DNA of 55,143 nt, taken from Myxococcota bacterium. GTDB taxonomy: Bacteria; Myxococcota; UBA727; JAHDBA01. The translations under genes were made by a program, and so were the position numbers. Below, piece by piece: positions 1 to 8,740 of this stretch (the stretch's first letter is position 1; the number at the start of each line of letters is the position of its first letter). The stretch spans positions 36 to 55,178 of the forward strand of contig JAHDBA010000015.1 in NCBI GenBank assembly GCA_020630615.1, given 5' to 3'. The notes below the pieces were generated by a model. That model was not told where the DNA came from and searched no databases. It saw nothing but the letters and a program-made list of their open reading frames with translations.

Positions 1-134
1 AGTAAGGCCGTCGGGGGGAACAAAGCAAAGGCGCCGTCGAGTTAATAGATAGGTAATAGGTGGGTAAAAGGGGGGAAATGTGACATGAGGGGTATGTCAA
101 ATCCCCACACAACCCCTAGCCCAAGGGAACCCCG

Positions 135-1157
135 CTAAAAATCTGCATCAAACGCAACATCACCATCAACTGCCACCTGGTATGCTGACACCCGACGTTC
201 AAAGAAGTTTGTGACTTCTTGAACATCTTGAAGCTCCATAAATGGAAAGGGGTTTTTCGCCCCGTAACGAGAAGGCATTCCCAACATCGCAAGCCGTTGG
301 TCTGCGATATATTCAAGATATTGACGCATGTCTTTTTGCGACAGCCCCATAACCCCCTGGCTCAGCAAGTCAGCGGCAAATTGATGCTCGCATTCAACCG
401 CTTCATCCAGCATTTTTGCAACGCGTTGTTGTAGATCGACATCCCAAAGATCTGGTTCCTCTGCCCGAACAGTGCGTACAACTTCCAGTGCAAAGTTCAT
501 GTGGCAACTCTCGTCTCGAAAAACCCAGTTCGTCCCTGCTGCAAGTCCATTAAGAAGTCCTCGCGAGCGCATGAAGTACACATATGCAAATGCGGCAAAG
601 AAAAAGAGTCCTTCGATACACGTCGCAAAACAAATCAGATTGATTAAGAAGTTTTTGCGGTCTTCCTTCGACTCTAGAGAATCTAAAGAGTTAATCGACT
701 CCATCCACTTCAAGCAGAAATCAGCTTTTGTCTTGATCGAAGGGATATTATCGACTGCTGCAAAAGCTTTCGCGCGCTCGAGCGGATCAGGCAGATAAGT
801 ATCCAAAAGCGTCAAGTAAAATTGAACGTGCAAAGCCTCTTCATAGAGCTGACGTGACAAGTACATCCGTGCTTCAGGAGCATTAATGTGCTTGTACAAG
901 TTCAGTACAAGATTGTTTGCTACAATCGAGTCGCCCGTTGCAAAGAAGGCAACCAAACGATTGATCATATGTCGGTCAGCCTCCGTCAATCGACTACGCA
1001 AGTCGACCACATCCGTCGAAAAGTCCACTTCTTCAACAGTCCATGTGTTTTTAATTGCATCCCGATACATATCGTAAAACTGAGGATAGCGCATAGGACG
1101 CAGTGTCAAGTCCAAGCCTGGGTCTAAAAGTTTTGCGTGTCCGACTTCAGCACTCAT
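135..1157 (-). CDS. nrdB: Ribonucleotide reductase class Ia small subunit (R2)
   Basis: Diiron ligands FFATGD, EEALH, IEGLFF and RDESCH; radical Tyr in EALHVQFY; C-terminal NFFERRVSAY. ATG at 1157 overlaps the nrdA stop (ATGA). Confidence 0.95.
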   Translation of the reverse strand: MSAEVGHAKLLDPGLDLTLRPMRYPQFYDMYRDAIKNTWTVEEVDFSTDVVDLRSRLTEADRHMINRLVAFFATGDSIVANNLVLNLYKHINAPEARMYLSRQLYEEALHVQFYLTLLDTYLPDPLERAKAFAAVDNIPSIKTKADFCLKWMESINSLDSLESKEDRKNFLINLICFATCIEGLFFFAAFAYVYFMRSRGLLNGLAAGTNWVFRDESCHMNFALEVVRTVRAEEPDLWDVDLQQRVAKMLDEAVECEHQFAADLLSQGVMGLSQKDMRQYLEYIADQRLAMLGMPSRYGAKNPFPFMELQDVQEVTNFFERRVSAYQVAVDGDVAFDADF

Positions 1158-3592
1158 TGGCATGCCTCACATACTTCAGGGTTTTCTAAAGAACAGGCAA
1201 CAGCTTCTTCATCACGATAAGTCTTTGTGCCCACGGTAGTTTTGTTAATGGATGTAGCGGGTCGAGAACGCAGATAGTAGGTTGTCTTTACTCCGCTCTT
1301 CCACGCGTGCATATACATCGAAGACAATGTTCCAATCTTCGGTGACTCAATAAAGAGATTTAAGGACTGCGACTGGTCAATATAGGGGCCGCGCGCCGCT
1401 GCCATGTCAATCAATGCACGCTGACTTATTTCCCATGATGTTTTATAGAGGTCCTTCATCTCTTGAGGAATACCATCAATATGCTGGATTGATCCTTCCG
1501 ATAGCTTCAGCTTTGTCCGCATATCCTCAGTCCACAGACCGCGCTCCCGCAAATCATTCACAAGATATCGGTTCATTTGGATGAAATCCCCAGACAAGGT
1601 TTCGCGCTTGAAGAGGTTCGATATTTGAGGTTCAATACACTCATAACATCCAGAGATAGACGCTATTGTAGCCGTCGGTGCAATCGCAATCATCAACGAG
1701 TTCCGAAGGCCGTGCTTCTTGATTCTTCCTTTAAGTTCGTTCCAACGATCGATATTCGTAGGCGTTACTCCCCACAAGTCAAACTGCAGGTCTCCCTTCG
1801 CAGCTCGCGTTTCACGGAAACCGCCATGCGCTCCTTTCTTTTCTGACAACTCACATGAAGCATTCAGGGCCCCAAAGTATACTTCTTCTTGGATCTTAGT
1901 CGAAAGTGCCTTCGCTTCTTCCGACTCAAAGGGGATGCGCAACTTAAAAAACACATCTTGAAGGCCCATTACGCCAAGCCCAACAGGACGCCATTTCATA
2001 TTGGAGTCCTCTGCACTTTCGATAGCGTAATAATTCCGGTCAATCACCCGATCAAGCTGACGCATTGCCGCAGCAACTGTCTCTTGAAGCATTGTAAAAT
2101 CAAATTCTCCACGAATAACGTGCGCACCCAGATTCACAGATCCCAGGTTGCATACCGCACTTTCTTTCGAGGATGTGACCTCCAGAATCTCCGTACACAG
2201 ATTTGAAAGGTGAATTGTGTTCCCGGGTTCACCTGTCTGATTCGATTTGTTATTCGCATGATCCTTAAAGGTGATCCATCCGTTACCGGTTTGGGCAAGT
2301 GTCCGCATCATTCGTGCATACAAGTCTCGCGCCTTCACACGTCGCTCATAAATTCCTTGCGATTCTGCTTCAAGATACGCTGCTCTAAAATCTTCACCAA
2401 ACAAGTCTGGAAAATGTGGCACTTTCGAAGGGTCAAAGAGTGACCACATTTCATCTGCGCTAACACGCTCCATAAAAAGATCCGGAACCCAGTTTGCAAT
2501 ATTGAGGTTGTGCGTACGTCGTGCTTCGTCACCAGTGTTGTCCCGAAGTTCCAAGAAGTCTTCGACATCTGCGTGCCAACTCTCGAGATATACGCAGCAC
2601 GCGCCTTTGCGTTTGCCGCCTTGATTCACCGCAGCAACGGATGCATCAAGGGTATTCAGCCAGGGTATAATTCCATTGGATTTTCCATTTGTCGATTGGA
2701 TATGTGAGCCATGACTTCGAATACGGTGAAAGGCTAGACCGATACCACCCGAGAACTTTGAGAGCAACGCAATGTCTTTATACCGCTCGTAGATTTTTGA
2801 GAGGTCATCTTCGGGCGAGTCCAACAAGAAGCAACTTGAAAGTTGTTCATGGCAAGTCCCCGAATTGAAAAGCGTAGGCGTCGAGGGCATGTACTGCAGT
2901 GATGACATTAGCGAGTATAGACGACGTGTATCGATCATATTGTCTGATAAGGCGCTCGCAACTCTCAAAAAGAAAAACTGAGGAGTCTCGATAACCTCGC
3001 GTGTCTCCGGGTGCTTAAGCAAGTAACGATCGTACACCGTACGCAAACCAAAGAACTCAAAACGATCATCAGCATCATGTTGCACAAGGTCGTTCAACTT
3101 GCGTTTGTTGTTTTTGACTGTTTCCAAAAGCTTATCGTTGATCAACCCAAGTTCGTGACCACGCTCAATGCATTGTGAGAAACTATGAATGTTTTGATTG
3201 GCAACCTCTTTTTGAATCACAGTCGAAAGCAGACGAGCTGATAATTTTGAGTACTCTGGCTCTTCGCCAATCAATGCTGCGGCAATTCGAATTGACAACA
3301 GATCCAACTCACGTGTGGTCGCCTTGTCATAGAGGCCACTAATCGTACGGGTCGCAATACGGAGCACGTCAACATTTTCAAGGCCAGCTGCACTTCGTGA
3401 AACTGCTTCAACAATTTTATTGAGGTCAACAGGCTCAAGGCGTCCATTGCGTTTGGTGACATGCATGGTTACAGGCGGTACGGTTTTATTTCCAGAAGTG
3501 TGCTGACTCACATACTCGCTGCCCATGGCCTGTGACTTCGCGACATCTTTCATTTCTTTCGAGATGCTCAACTGATTTCCTGTATTGCTCAT
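1154..3592 (-). CDS. nrdA: Ribonucleotide reductase class I large subunit (R1) with N-terminal ATP cone
   Basis: VTKRNG ATP cone, PSTPTLFNSG, LSSCFL, LSNLCTE active site, IAPTAT, KTTYYLR and C-terminal CEAC. GGAGG RBS before ATG 3592. No intein. Confidence 0.96.
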   Translation of the reverse strand: MSNTGNQLSISKEMKDVAKSQAMGSEYVSQHTSGNKTVPPVTMHVTKRNGRLEPVDLNKIVEAVSRSAAGLENVDVLRIATRTISGLYDKATTRELDLLSIRIAAALIGEEPEYSKLSARLLSTVIQKEVANQNIHSFSQCIERGHELGLINDKLLETVKNNKRKLNDLVQHDADDRFEFFGLRTVYDRYLLKHPETREVIETPQFFFLRVASALSDNMIDTRRLYSLMSSLQYMPSTPTLFNSGTCHEQLSSCFLLDSPEDDLSKIYERYKDIALLSKFSGGIGLAFHRIRSHGSHIQSTNGKSNGIIPWLNTLDASVAAVNQGGKRKGACCVYLESWHADVEDFLELRDNTGDEARRTHNLNIANWVPDLFMERVSADEMWSLFDPSKVPHFPDLFGEDFRAAYLEAESQGIYERRVKARDLYARMMRTLAQTGNGWITFKDHANNKSNQTGEPGNTIHLSNLCTEILEVTSSKESAVCNLGSVNLGAHVIRGEFDFTMLQETVAAAMRQLDRVIDRNYYAIESAEDSNMKWRPVGLGVMGLQDVFFKLRIPFESEEAKALSTKIQEEVYFGALNASCELSEKKGAHGGFRETRAAKGDLQFDLWGVTPTNIDRWNELKGRIKKHGLRNSLMIAIAPTATIASISGCYECIEPQISNLFKRETLSGDFIQMNRYLVNDLRERGLWTEDMRTKLKLSEGSIQHIDGIPQEMKDLYKTSWEISQRALIDMAAARGPYIDQSQSLNLFIESPKIGTLSSMYMHAWKSGVKTTYYLRSRPATSINKTTVGTKTYRDEEAVACSLENPEVCEACQ

Positions 3593-3692
3593 GTGTCCTC
3601 CACGCTGAATGCTCTTTCGCACCCCGCACGACGTTAGCGTTCAAAGGCGACTCAAAGTGATGCACAATGCGATCAGCTTGGCAGCCCGTCAA

Positions 3693-3740
3693 TACGAAGA
3701 TATTGTGGGTCCATTTCACGGTCAACGCTAGATTTAGTAT
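3693..3740. promoter_or_regulatory. Tandem NrdR boxes upstream of nrdA
   Basis: TACGAAGATATTGTGG (3693-3708) and ACGCTAGATTTAGTAT (3725-3740) resemble the acaCwAtATaTwGtgt consensus. Their starts are 32 bp apart, the usual spacing for NrdR pairs. Confidence 0.75.
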
Positions 3741-3990
3741 TTCTTTGTGCCAGCACATCACTTTTCAACAATTAAAATTTGACATTAATGCGACTCGAGA
3801 AAAATCGGCGTCTCCCACGTCAAGCCAATTCAAAACCTCATGTAAAATCGAATTTATTTTTCCGTTCACATGACCTGTGCCATCAGTACATACGTTTTGG
3901 GGTGCAAGACCGCGTGGAAAAAGTGATCGGAACCAAAGCTTGCTTGACCCAGAGAGTGCTTTCCCTTCGGGGGGGAATACTCGCTTCCCC

Positions 3991-4740
3991 TTACTCGTCA
4001 AAGTTCAGTTCGACATTAAAGCTGGTGACATCATCGCGTGCGGCGAAACGCACTTCTTTAAGCACCTCAAAGATACATTGGCTTGCTTGGGCAGCATTTC
4101 CACTACCATCGGATTGCAATCGGTCGACATAGCCCGACGGGAAAAGGAAAACATCCAAAGTGACTCGCCCGAGCTGCGTGCCAGGACCGCGCTTTCCACC
4201 AAGGCAACGTGTTCGAATTGTTTCTTTTGCAGCACGCACGCTTGCAAGATCTTGCCCAGTTGCCGCGATATATGCGACAGGGAAATTGTGGAAGTGTGAT
4301 GTCTTCAACTCTTCAAGCTCTATCGTCAAACCGTGAACAATCTCTCGGGTGCATTGAGCAAGCATCCTATCGTTAAGGGGTGCCTGGAGCACCTTGGCAC
4401 TAACGATACCTTCTTTCGATATTTCAACATCCAATAAGACCTGTCCCGTTGTATACCGCCCACCTTCGATACTGCGCCGTTGACAATCAAGGAACGCATC
4501 TTCTTTTGCGTCGAGGGCTTCTGTCAATATACACAGGGGCCTTCCCATCGCTCCTTCACCCGGTTGGCACTCCCCCAATGCACCGATTTCGAGTGTTTCT
4601 TCACTTCTTTCATAGCCGACATTTGCAAGCGCTTCACTAACGATTGCGGTAGGCTCTGGCTTACTTGGCTTTGATGCGCAGGAAACAAGAGTGGTGGAAC
4701 TGAGAAAAGCAGTAAATATAAAAGTATGGAGCTTCTTCAT
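3991..4740 (-). CDS. Lipoprotein with two tandem TonB-C/AgmX-PglI-C-like domains
   Basis: Lipobox LVSC. Two similar units: 'C...GQVLLDVEISKEGIV...C' and 'C...GRVTLDVFLFPSGYV...CIFEVLKEVRF'. Confidence 0.65.
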   Translation of the reverse strand: MKKLHTFIFTAFLSSTTLVSCASKPSKPEPTAIVSEALANVGYERSEETLEIGALGECQPGEGAMGRPLCILTEALDAKEDAFLDCQRRSIEGGRYTTGQVLLDVEISKEGIVSAKVLQAPLNDRMLAQCTREIVHGLTIELEELKTSHFHNFPVAYIAATGQDLASVRAAKETIRTRCLGGKRGPGTQLGRVTLDVFLFPSGYVDRLQSDGSGNAAQASQCIFEVLKEVRFAARDDVTSFNVELNFDE

Positions 4741-4798
4741 GCTTCAATCTTGCGCCCTCTCATTCGGGAGTCAATATGTTCGGCGAGGTGCCCTAATT

Positions 4799-5128
4799 TT
4801 ATGTATTTCGGCTGGCACCGGAACGGGTTCTCCGTCTGGGGATATCGCCCTTGGACGCATTTTTGTTGCAGGGACCCGATTCTCTAGAAACCGAATCACT
4901 CGTCTGCGCAAGAACCACCCAGGGCTTAGCCGCACATAACGAAGCAGCTTTGTAAATAGCGCTCTGAATATGAAAAAGCTCGACAGCATCGTGTTCTTGG
5001 GGGCGCCAAGATGCGCAAACCTGTTGAACTTCTTCGACGGCATGCTCAAGCACTTCTCTTTCGAAGTCGATTTTTTTCCACATACGTACGCCTTGCTCGA
5101 AGCCTAATTTACGAAGTCTTGTTACCAA
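4799..5128 (-). CDS. Possible small hypothetical protein
   Basis: 109-aa ORF co-directional with the downstream gene; no recognisable motif. Confidence 0.25.
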   Translation of the reverse strand: MVTRLRKLGFEQGVRMWKKIDFEREVLEHAVEEVQQVCASWRPQEHDAVELFHIQSAIYKAASLCAAKPWVVLAQTSDSVSRESGPCNKNASKGDIPRRRTRSGASRNT

Positions 5129-5292
5129 AATACACGTGTCGGGTTTAATGGAAACCCCATAAGTAACTCCAATATCACACTTTCCAACCTGCGCTTGGCA
5201 AAAGTATGTGCTACAATGTTGACTGGGTTGCCCACTCGGTATTCGCGTAAATATTTACACGCCAAAATCGAACCCTCCTGACTATCAAAGTT

Positions 5293-6282
5293 ATGACTTT
5301 ACGACTCGCACTTGATTTTGCAACTTCAGACAACCTTGCCAGCTACCGTGGGGAAGCAGGTCCGCAAGAAAAAGCGAAAGCGGAAATGGATTTTAAGCAT
5401 GCAAAACGCGATGGGATGCATACGGTTGCGCTTGGTGACATTGAATATGGTGGTGACTCAGAAGCAAGCGAGCGTGAGAAACTTAATGCCCTAGCAACAT
5501 ACGACACAGTTCTATGGAAGCCAATCGATAGTATAACAGAGTTTGACGCGGCACTTGCGGCGGTCGGTAGGCCCATCGACTTTTTATCGATTAATGGCCA
5601 CGGCAACATTGCCTATATGTTGGTCGGCGAAGGGAACCTACGTGTTTCAAAATCAACGTGTGAAGAACTCGCAAAAATCATCGACAAATATCTCACCAAA
5701 GACGGGGTTGTCGAGCTTGAGGGCTGCCTCGGTGCTTATGCTCACAAAGGTCTTGAGATGGTCGAGGCCTTCGGGAAGGCACTCGGAAAAAGACGCGTTG
5801 TTCGGGCAAATGTCGGTTTAGGGCTTGGGGATCACGCTGGAAGTTGTTTTGAAGATCAGGGACTCGAACTCGATTATCACGTCTTACAAGACGAGTTTCG
5901 TTACATGGGAGGCGATGTCATCATGTGGGGAGATGACGACCCGCATGAGGCGATGGAAGACACCTACGATAAAGTTAAAGGCAAAATGAAACAACCAATT
6001 TATGCGAAACCCAAGTTCGCATACGAAATTCTCTTCGCCGTGATGACGAATATTGAGATGTGCGATGCGATTAAGAGCTTCTCGAACGATCTTGCCAGTC
6101 TCTATGATGCGCTCGAAGACGACTCTGAAACCCTTAGTGCACAAGAATTGCTCAAAAATATTATCGGACTCAACGACGAAGATTTCGCTTCGCCACAAAT
6201 TTTTAGAAACGCACTCCCTGAATGGTCTGGCTTCTTAAAGCACCCGGGCTTTGAAGAGTTTGCGGCACATGTGTGTACCTAA
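5293..6282 (+). CDS. Hypothetical protein with DUF4347/caspase-like (clan CD) His-Cys motifs
   Basis: 329-aa ORF. 'FLSINGHG' is followed about 40 aa later by 'VVELEGC'. Confidence 0.6.
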   Translation: MTLRLALDFATSDNLASYRGEAGPQEKAKAEMDFKHAKRDGMHTVALGDIEYGGDSEASEREKLNALATYDTVLWKPIDSITEFDAALAAVGRPIDFLSINGHGNIAYMLVGEGNLRVSKSTCEELAKIIDKYLTKDGVVELEGCLGAYAHKGLEMVEAFGKALGKRRVVRANVGLGLGDHAGSCFEDQGLELDYHVLQDEFRYMGGDVIMWGDDDPHEAMEDTYDKVKGKMKQPIYAKPKFAYEILFAVMTNIEMCDAIKSFSNDLASLYDALEDDSETLSAQELLKNIIGLNDEDFASPQIFRNALPEWSGFLKHPGFEEFAAHVCT

Positions 6283-6286
6283 AAAT

Positions 6287-6955
6287 TCAGTCGACACTCA
6301 TCGCAAGAATGCGGCTCAATGACGCCAGCCCCCAGCCACTTTCTTCCGCCCAAATATTGAAGGCCTCCTGAGTCGCATTCAAATCACGCTTTGAAGTGGG
6401 TTGCTTTGTAACGACACCTTCAGCAACCAAACGTCGCGATACGTCTCGCGTTAGAATAAAACCGTCAACACCCTCGCGTCGAAGCGCATAGGCTCCAGTA
6501 TTGCCACCAAGCCTTGAGCCCAATTTCTTGAGCAAGATTAACAAGTCGACATAGCGCTCGCTCGGCCATGCTGAAACCATCTGCCCAAAGCTTCCGTACT
6601 CTTTGCTACAATCCAAGACAAAAGAGGCGTTATCACGCACCGACATGATTTTGGTTCGGTGGCGGATGATCCGTGCGTCCAGTGTAAGCTCCTCAAATTC
6701 GTCCGGCGACATCATCGCAACTCGGGATGGAACAAAACCCCAGAAAGCTTTTTCAAAGCCTTCCCATTTTTTTTCAACCACCTTCCATGAGAACCCGGCG
6801 CAGAAAACCTGACGTGCAAAAGTTGCCAGCCATAAGGCATTGTCACTCTCTGCAAGCTCCCTTCTTGTGCGAAGCATCGGCAGAGAGGCCTGAACAACGC
6901 CTTCACCTCCGTGGCGTGCACAGGCCATGGCGTAGATTTCAGAAAAAGGTCTCAT
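6287..6955 (-). CDS. DNA-3-methyladenine glycosylase I family protein
   Basis: VFCAGFSWKVVEKKWEGFEKAF, RIIRHRTKI and SRLGGNTG motifs of the Tag/Adenine_glyco family. Start taken at ATG 6955 (alternative TTG 6991). Confidence 0.85.
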   Translation of the reverse strand: MRPFSEIYAMACARHGGEGVVQASLPMLRTRRELAESDNALWLATFARQVFCAGFSWKVVEKKWEGFEKAFWGFVPSRVAMMSPDEFEELTLDARIIRHRTKIMSVRDNASFVLDCSKEYGSFGQMVSAWPSERYVDLLILLKKLGSRLGGNTGAYALRREGVDGFILTRDVSRRLVAEGVVTKQPTSKRDLNATQEAFNIWAEESGWGLASLSRILAMSVD

Positions 6956-7149
6956 AGGGATCCTCGAAGGTACTGGAGCAATCCAGCCCAAAACACGTTG
7001 ACTTAAGAGTGATGATGCTTACAAAGGGATAACGTTTCAAATGGAACATAAAATTAGGATTCAAAGAGTCTGAAACAGAAGATAGGATACAGAAAACAAC
7101 AAAACATCGGGCATGTCTCTCGACACTCCCAATGCAGAACAGTCAGTCT

Positions 7150-7547
7150 AGGATCGATAAGCCGGGTTTTGTTCCACCTTTGGTTACCCGCAGGCTTCAA
7201 TGAACATTCGTCTACGTTTGCCATTGCTGACAGACTCTAGCGATTGAGAACACATGAAGACGAGCAATCTCCCCCGAGGGGCGTGTTCAATATACCTTGC
7301 TTCAAGTGGGGTTTACCCTGCCATCGCGGTCTCCCGCAACGCGGTGCGCTCTTACCGCACCTTTTCACCTTATCCGGTGCGCGAACTTGCCCTCGGGCTC
7401 GATAACGCATGACTCCGGTTGTTTGTTTTCTGTGGCACTTTCCTTCAGCTCTCACTGACCGGCCGTTAGCCGGCACCCTGCTCTACGAAGCCCGGACTTT
7501 CCTCCCGCTCAAGGCCAACGACCCTTCGCCGGCGTTCATTTAATCCT
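7150..7547 (-). ncRNA. rnpB: RNase P RNA, bacterial type A
   Basis: Minus strand has GAGGAAAGTCCGGGCT, AGTGCCACAGAAAA, GGTAAGAGCGCACC, GGTAAACCCC and a 3' ACAAAACCCGGCTTAT. The termini AGGAT...ATCCT can pair as P1. Confidence 0.96.
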
Positions 7548-7784
7548 CTCTAACTTGCTTGTTCTTAACGGATTTCTCACCTTACACAATGGCAAAGCGT
7601 ATTTACCCCATTTTACTATCGCCCCCTTTCACATCAACTCTCACAATTCCTTTCGAAAAAGCAAAAAGATCGCGATCTTGCCGAGTTTCCGCCAACAGCT
7701 CAAGCGAGCATATTTGCCCTGTATAAACGTGCCAAAATCTCCCCTTTTGCTCTATGAAGGACACACACACTTTCGGGGTTTATA

Positions 7785-8621
7785 ATGAATCAGTTCCGCT
7801 ATCCAGCGAAACGACACGAGTCAAGAGAGATTCGCTGCGCCACAATTTTGGTGCAGTTGGATAAAAGCCTGCGACGTGCAGCGCACGCTCAAGGGCCAAC
7901 AGATTTCTGTGCAGCAATGGATCTTGTGGCCATTCGAATGTGTGCAGCTCTTTATGAAATCTGCGATGCTCATCATGCAAATCAGCAACTGCAGAAAGAC
8001 TTAAACCTTCTAGTGCCGAAGAAAGAAGCACTTTCGTCACACAATGCAAACGAAAGAATCGACTCCTTTCTCCACGAAGCCAGTGATATTTCACCAGCGG
8101 GTCTGAGTTTGCTTGCAGAGCTCCTTGCGAACCCTGAACTGCGACGCGAAACCATTCCAAAGACGCGTCTCCCTGCCAATACCCATACACTCTTCGACCT
8201 CATTCAACGCTTTGGAGCATCACTCAATCAAAACATCGATATCGTGGAAGCATTGAACTGGAACGTTGGCCCTCATCTTGTGGTCGCCTTGTGTCAGACA
8301 CTTTTTTCAATGGTCACACCCGATATTAACAACCCAAGACTTTCGGAATGGCTCCACTCTCGAAGTGCTGTTGATTCTGCCATTGCGATTAACAACCGAT
8401 GCCCCACTCTTTCACGCCTACGTTTGACACAGCCTGAAGAGATTTCGAGTCGCACGCTCATGGAGGCATGGGCAATCGCACGCATCTCAAGCGGGCGCAG
8501 GGTGCAAGAGCACGAGACAGTCAAATGGGCATCTCTCTTTAGCGCTTTTGGACTCGAAGCAGCAGAGATCTGGGACTTGGCCTCGTTTTTTAGTGAACGT
8601 CAGGCTGCGCTTTCATCGTAG
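7785..8621 (+). CDS. Hypothetical helical protein
   Basis: 278-aa ORF filling the gap between rnpB and the E1 gene; no confident motif. Confidence 0.6.
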   Translation: MNQFRYPAKRHESREIRCATILVQLDKSLRRAAHAQGPTDFCAAMDLVAIRMCAALYEICDAHHANQQLQKDLNLLVPKKEALSSHNANERIDSFLHEASDISPAGLSLLAELLANPELRRETIPKTRLPANTHTLFDLIQRFGASLNQNIDIVEALNWNVGPHLVVALCQTLFSMVTPDINNPRLSEWLHSRSAVDSAIAINNRCPTLSRLRLTQPEEISSRTLMEAWAIARISSGRRVQEHETVKWASLFSAFGLEAAEIWDLASFFSERQAALSS

Positions 8622-8740
8622 CCCAATAGCCTCGACTCTGAGCAGCTGCGTAAAATTTACCCTTTTAGAATGTGAGAAAGGGATTGCCGGACAAACTCCA
8701 CACGTTAAGTTCGGGGTAAGCCAGTATCTGGAGCTGTATC

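Noticed and set aside
81-99. Inverted repeat TGACAT-N7-ATGTCA downstream of nrdB
   Set aside because: Short and at the window edge, with no visible target gene; could be chance.
135-3592. nrdAB plus thyA-folA as possible phage nucleotide-metabolism genes, or an intein/intron in nrdA
   Set aside because: The context is chromosomal (rnpB, tuf, nqr), no phage genes are present, and NrdA is of normal length and uninterrupted.
5195-5216. Possible sigma54 promoter (TTGGCA...TGC) upstream of the 5293 ORF
   Set aside because: The GG-to-GC spacing is one base off the strict -24/-12 requirement. An extended -10 (TGCTACAAT) explains it equally well.
7237-7476. 79-aa ORF in the track
   Set aside because: Lies entirely within the RNase P RNA gene; spurious.
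7785-8621. Faint resemblance to an HDOD-type helical domain
   Set aside because: No HD or other diagnostic motif; cannot be supported without a profile search.
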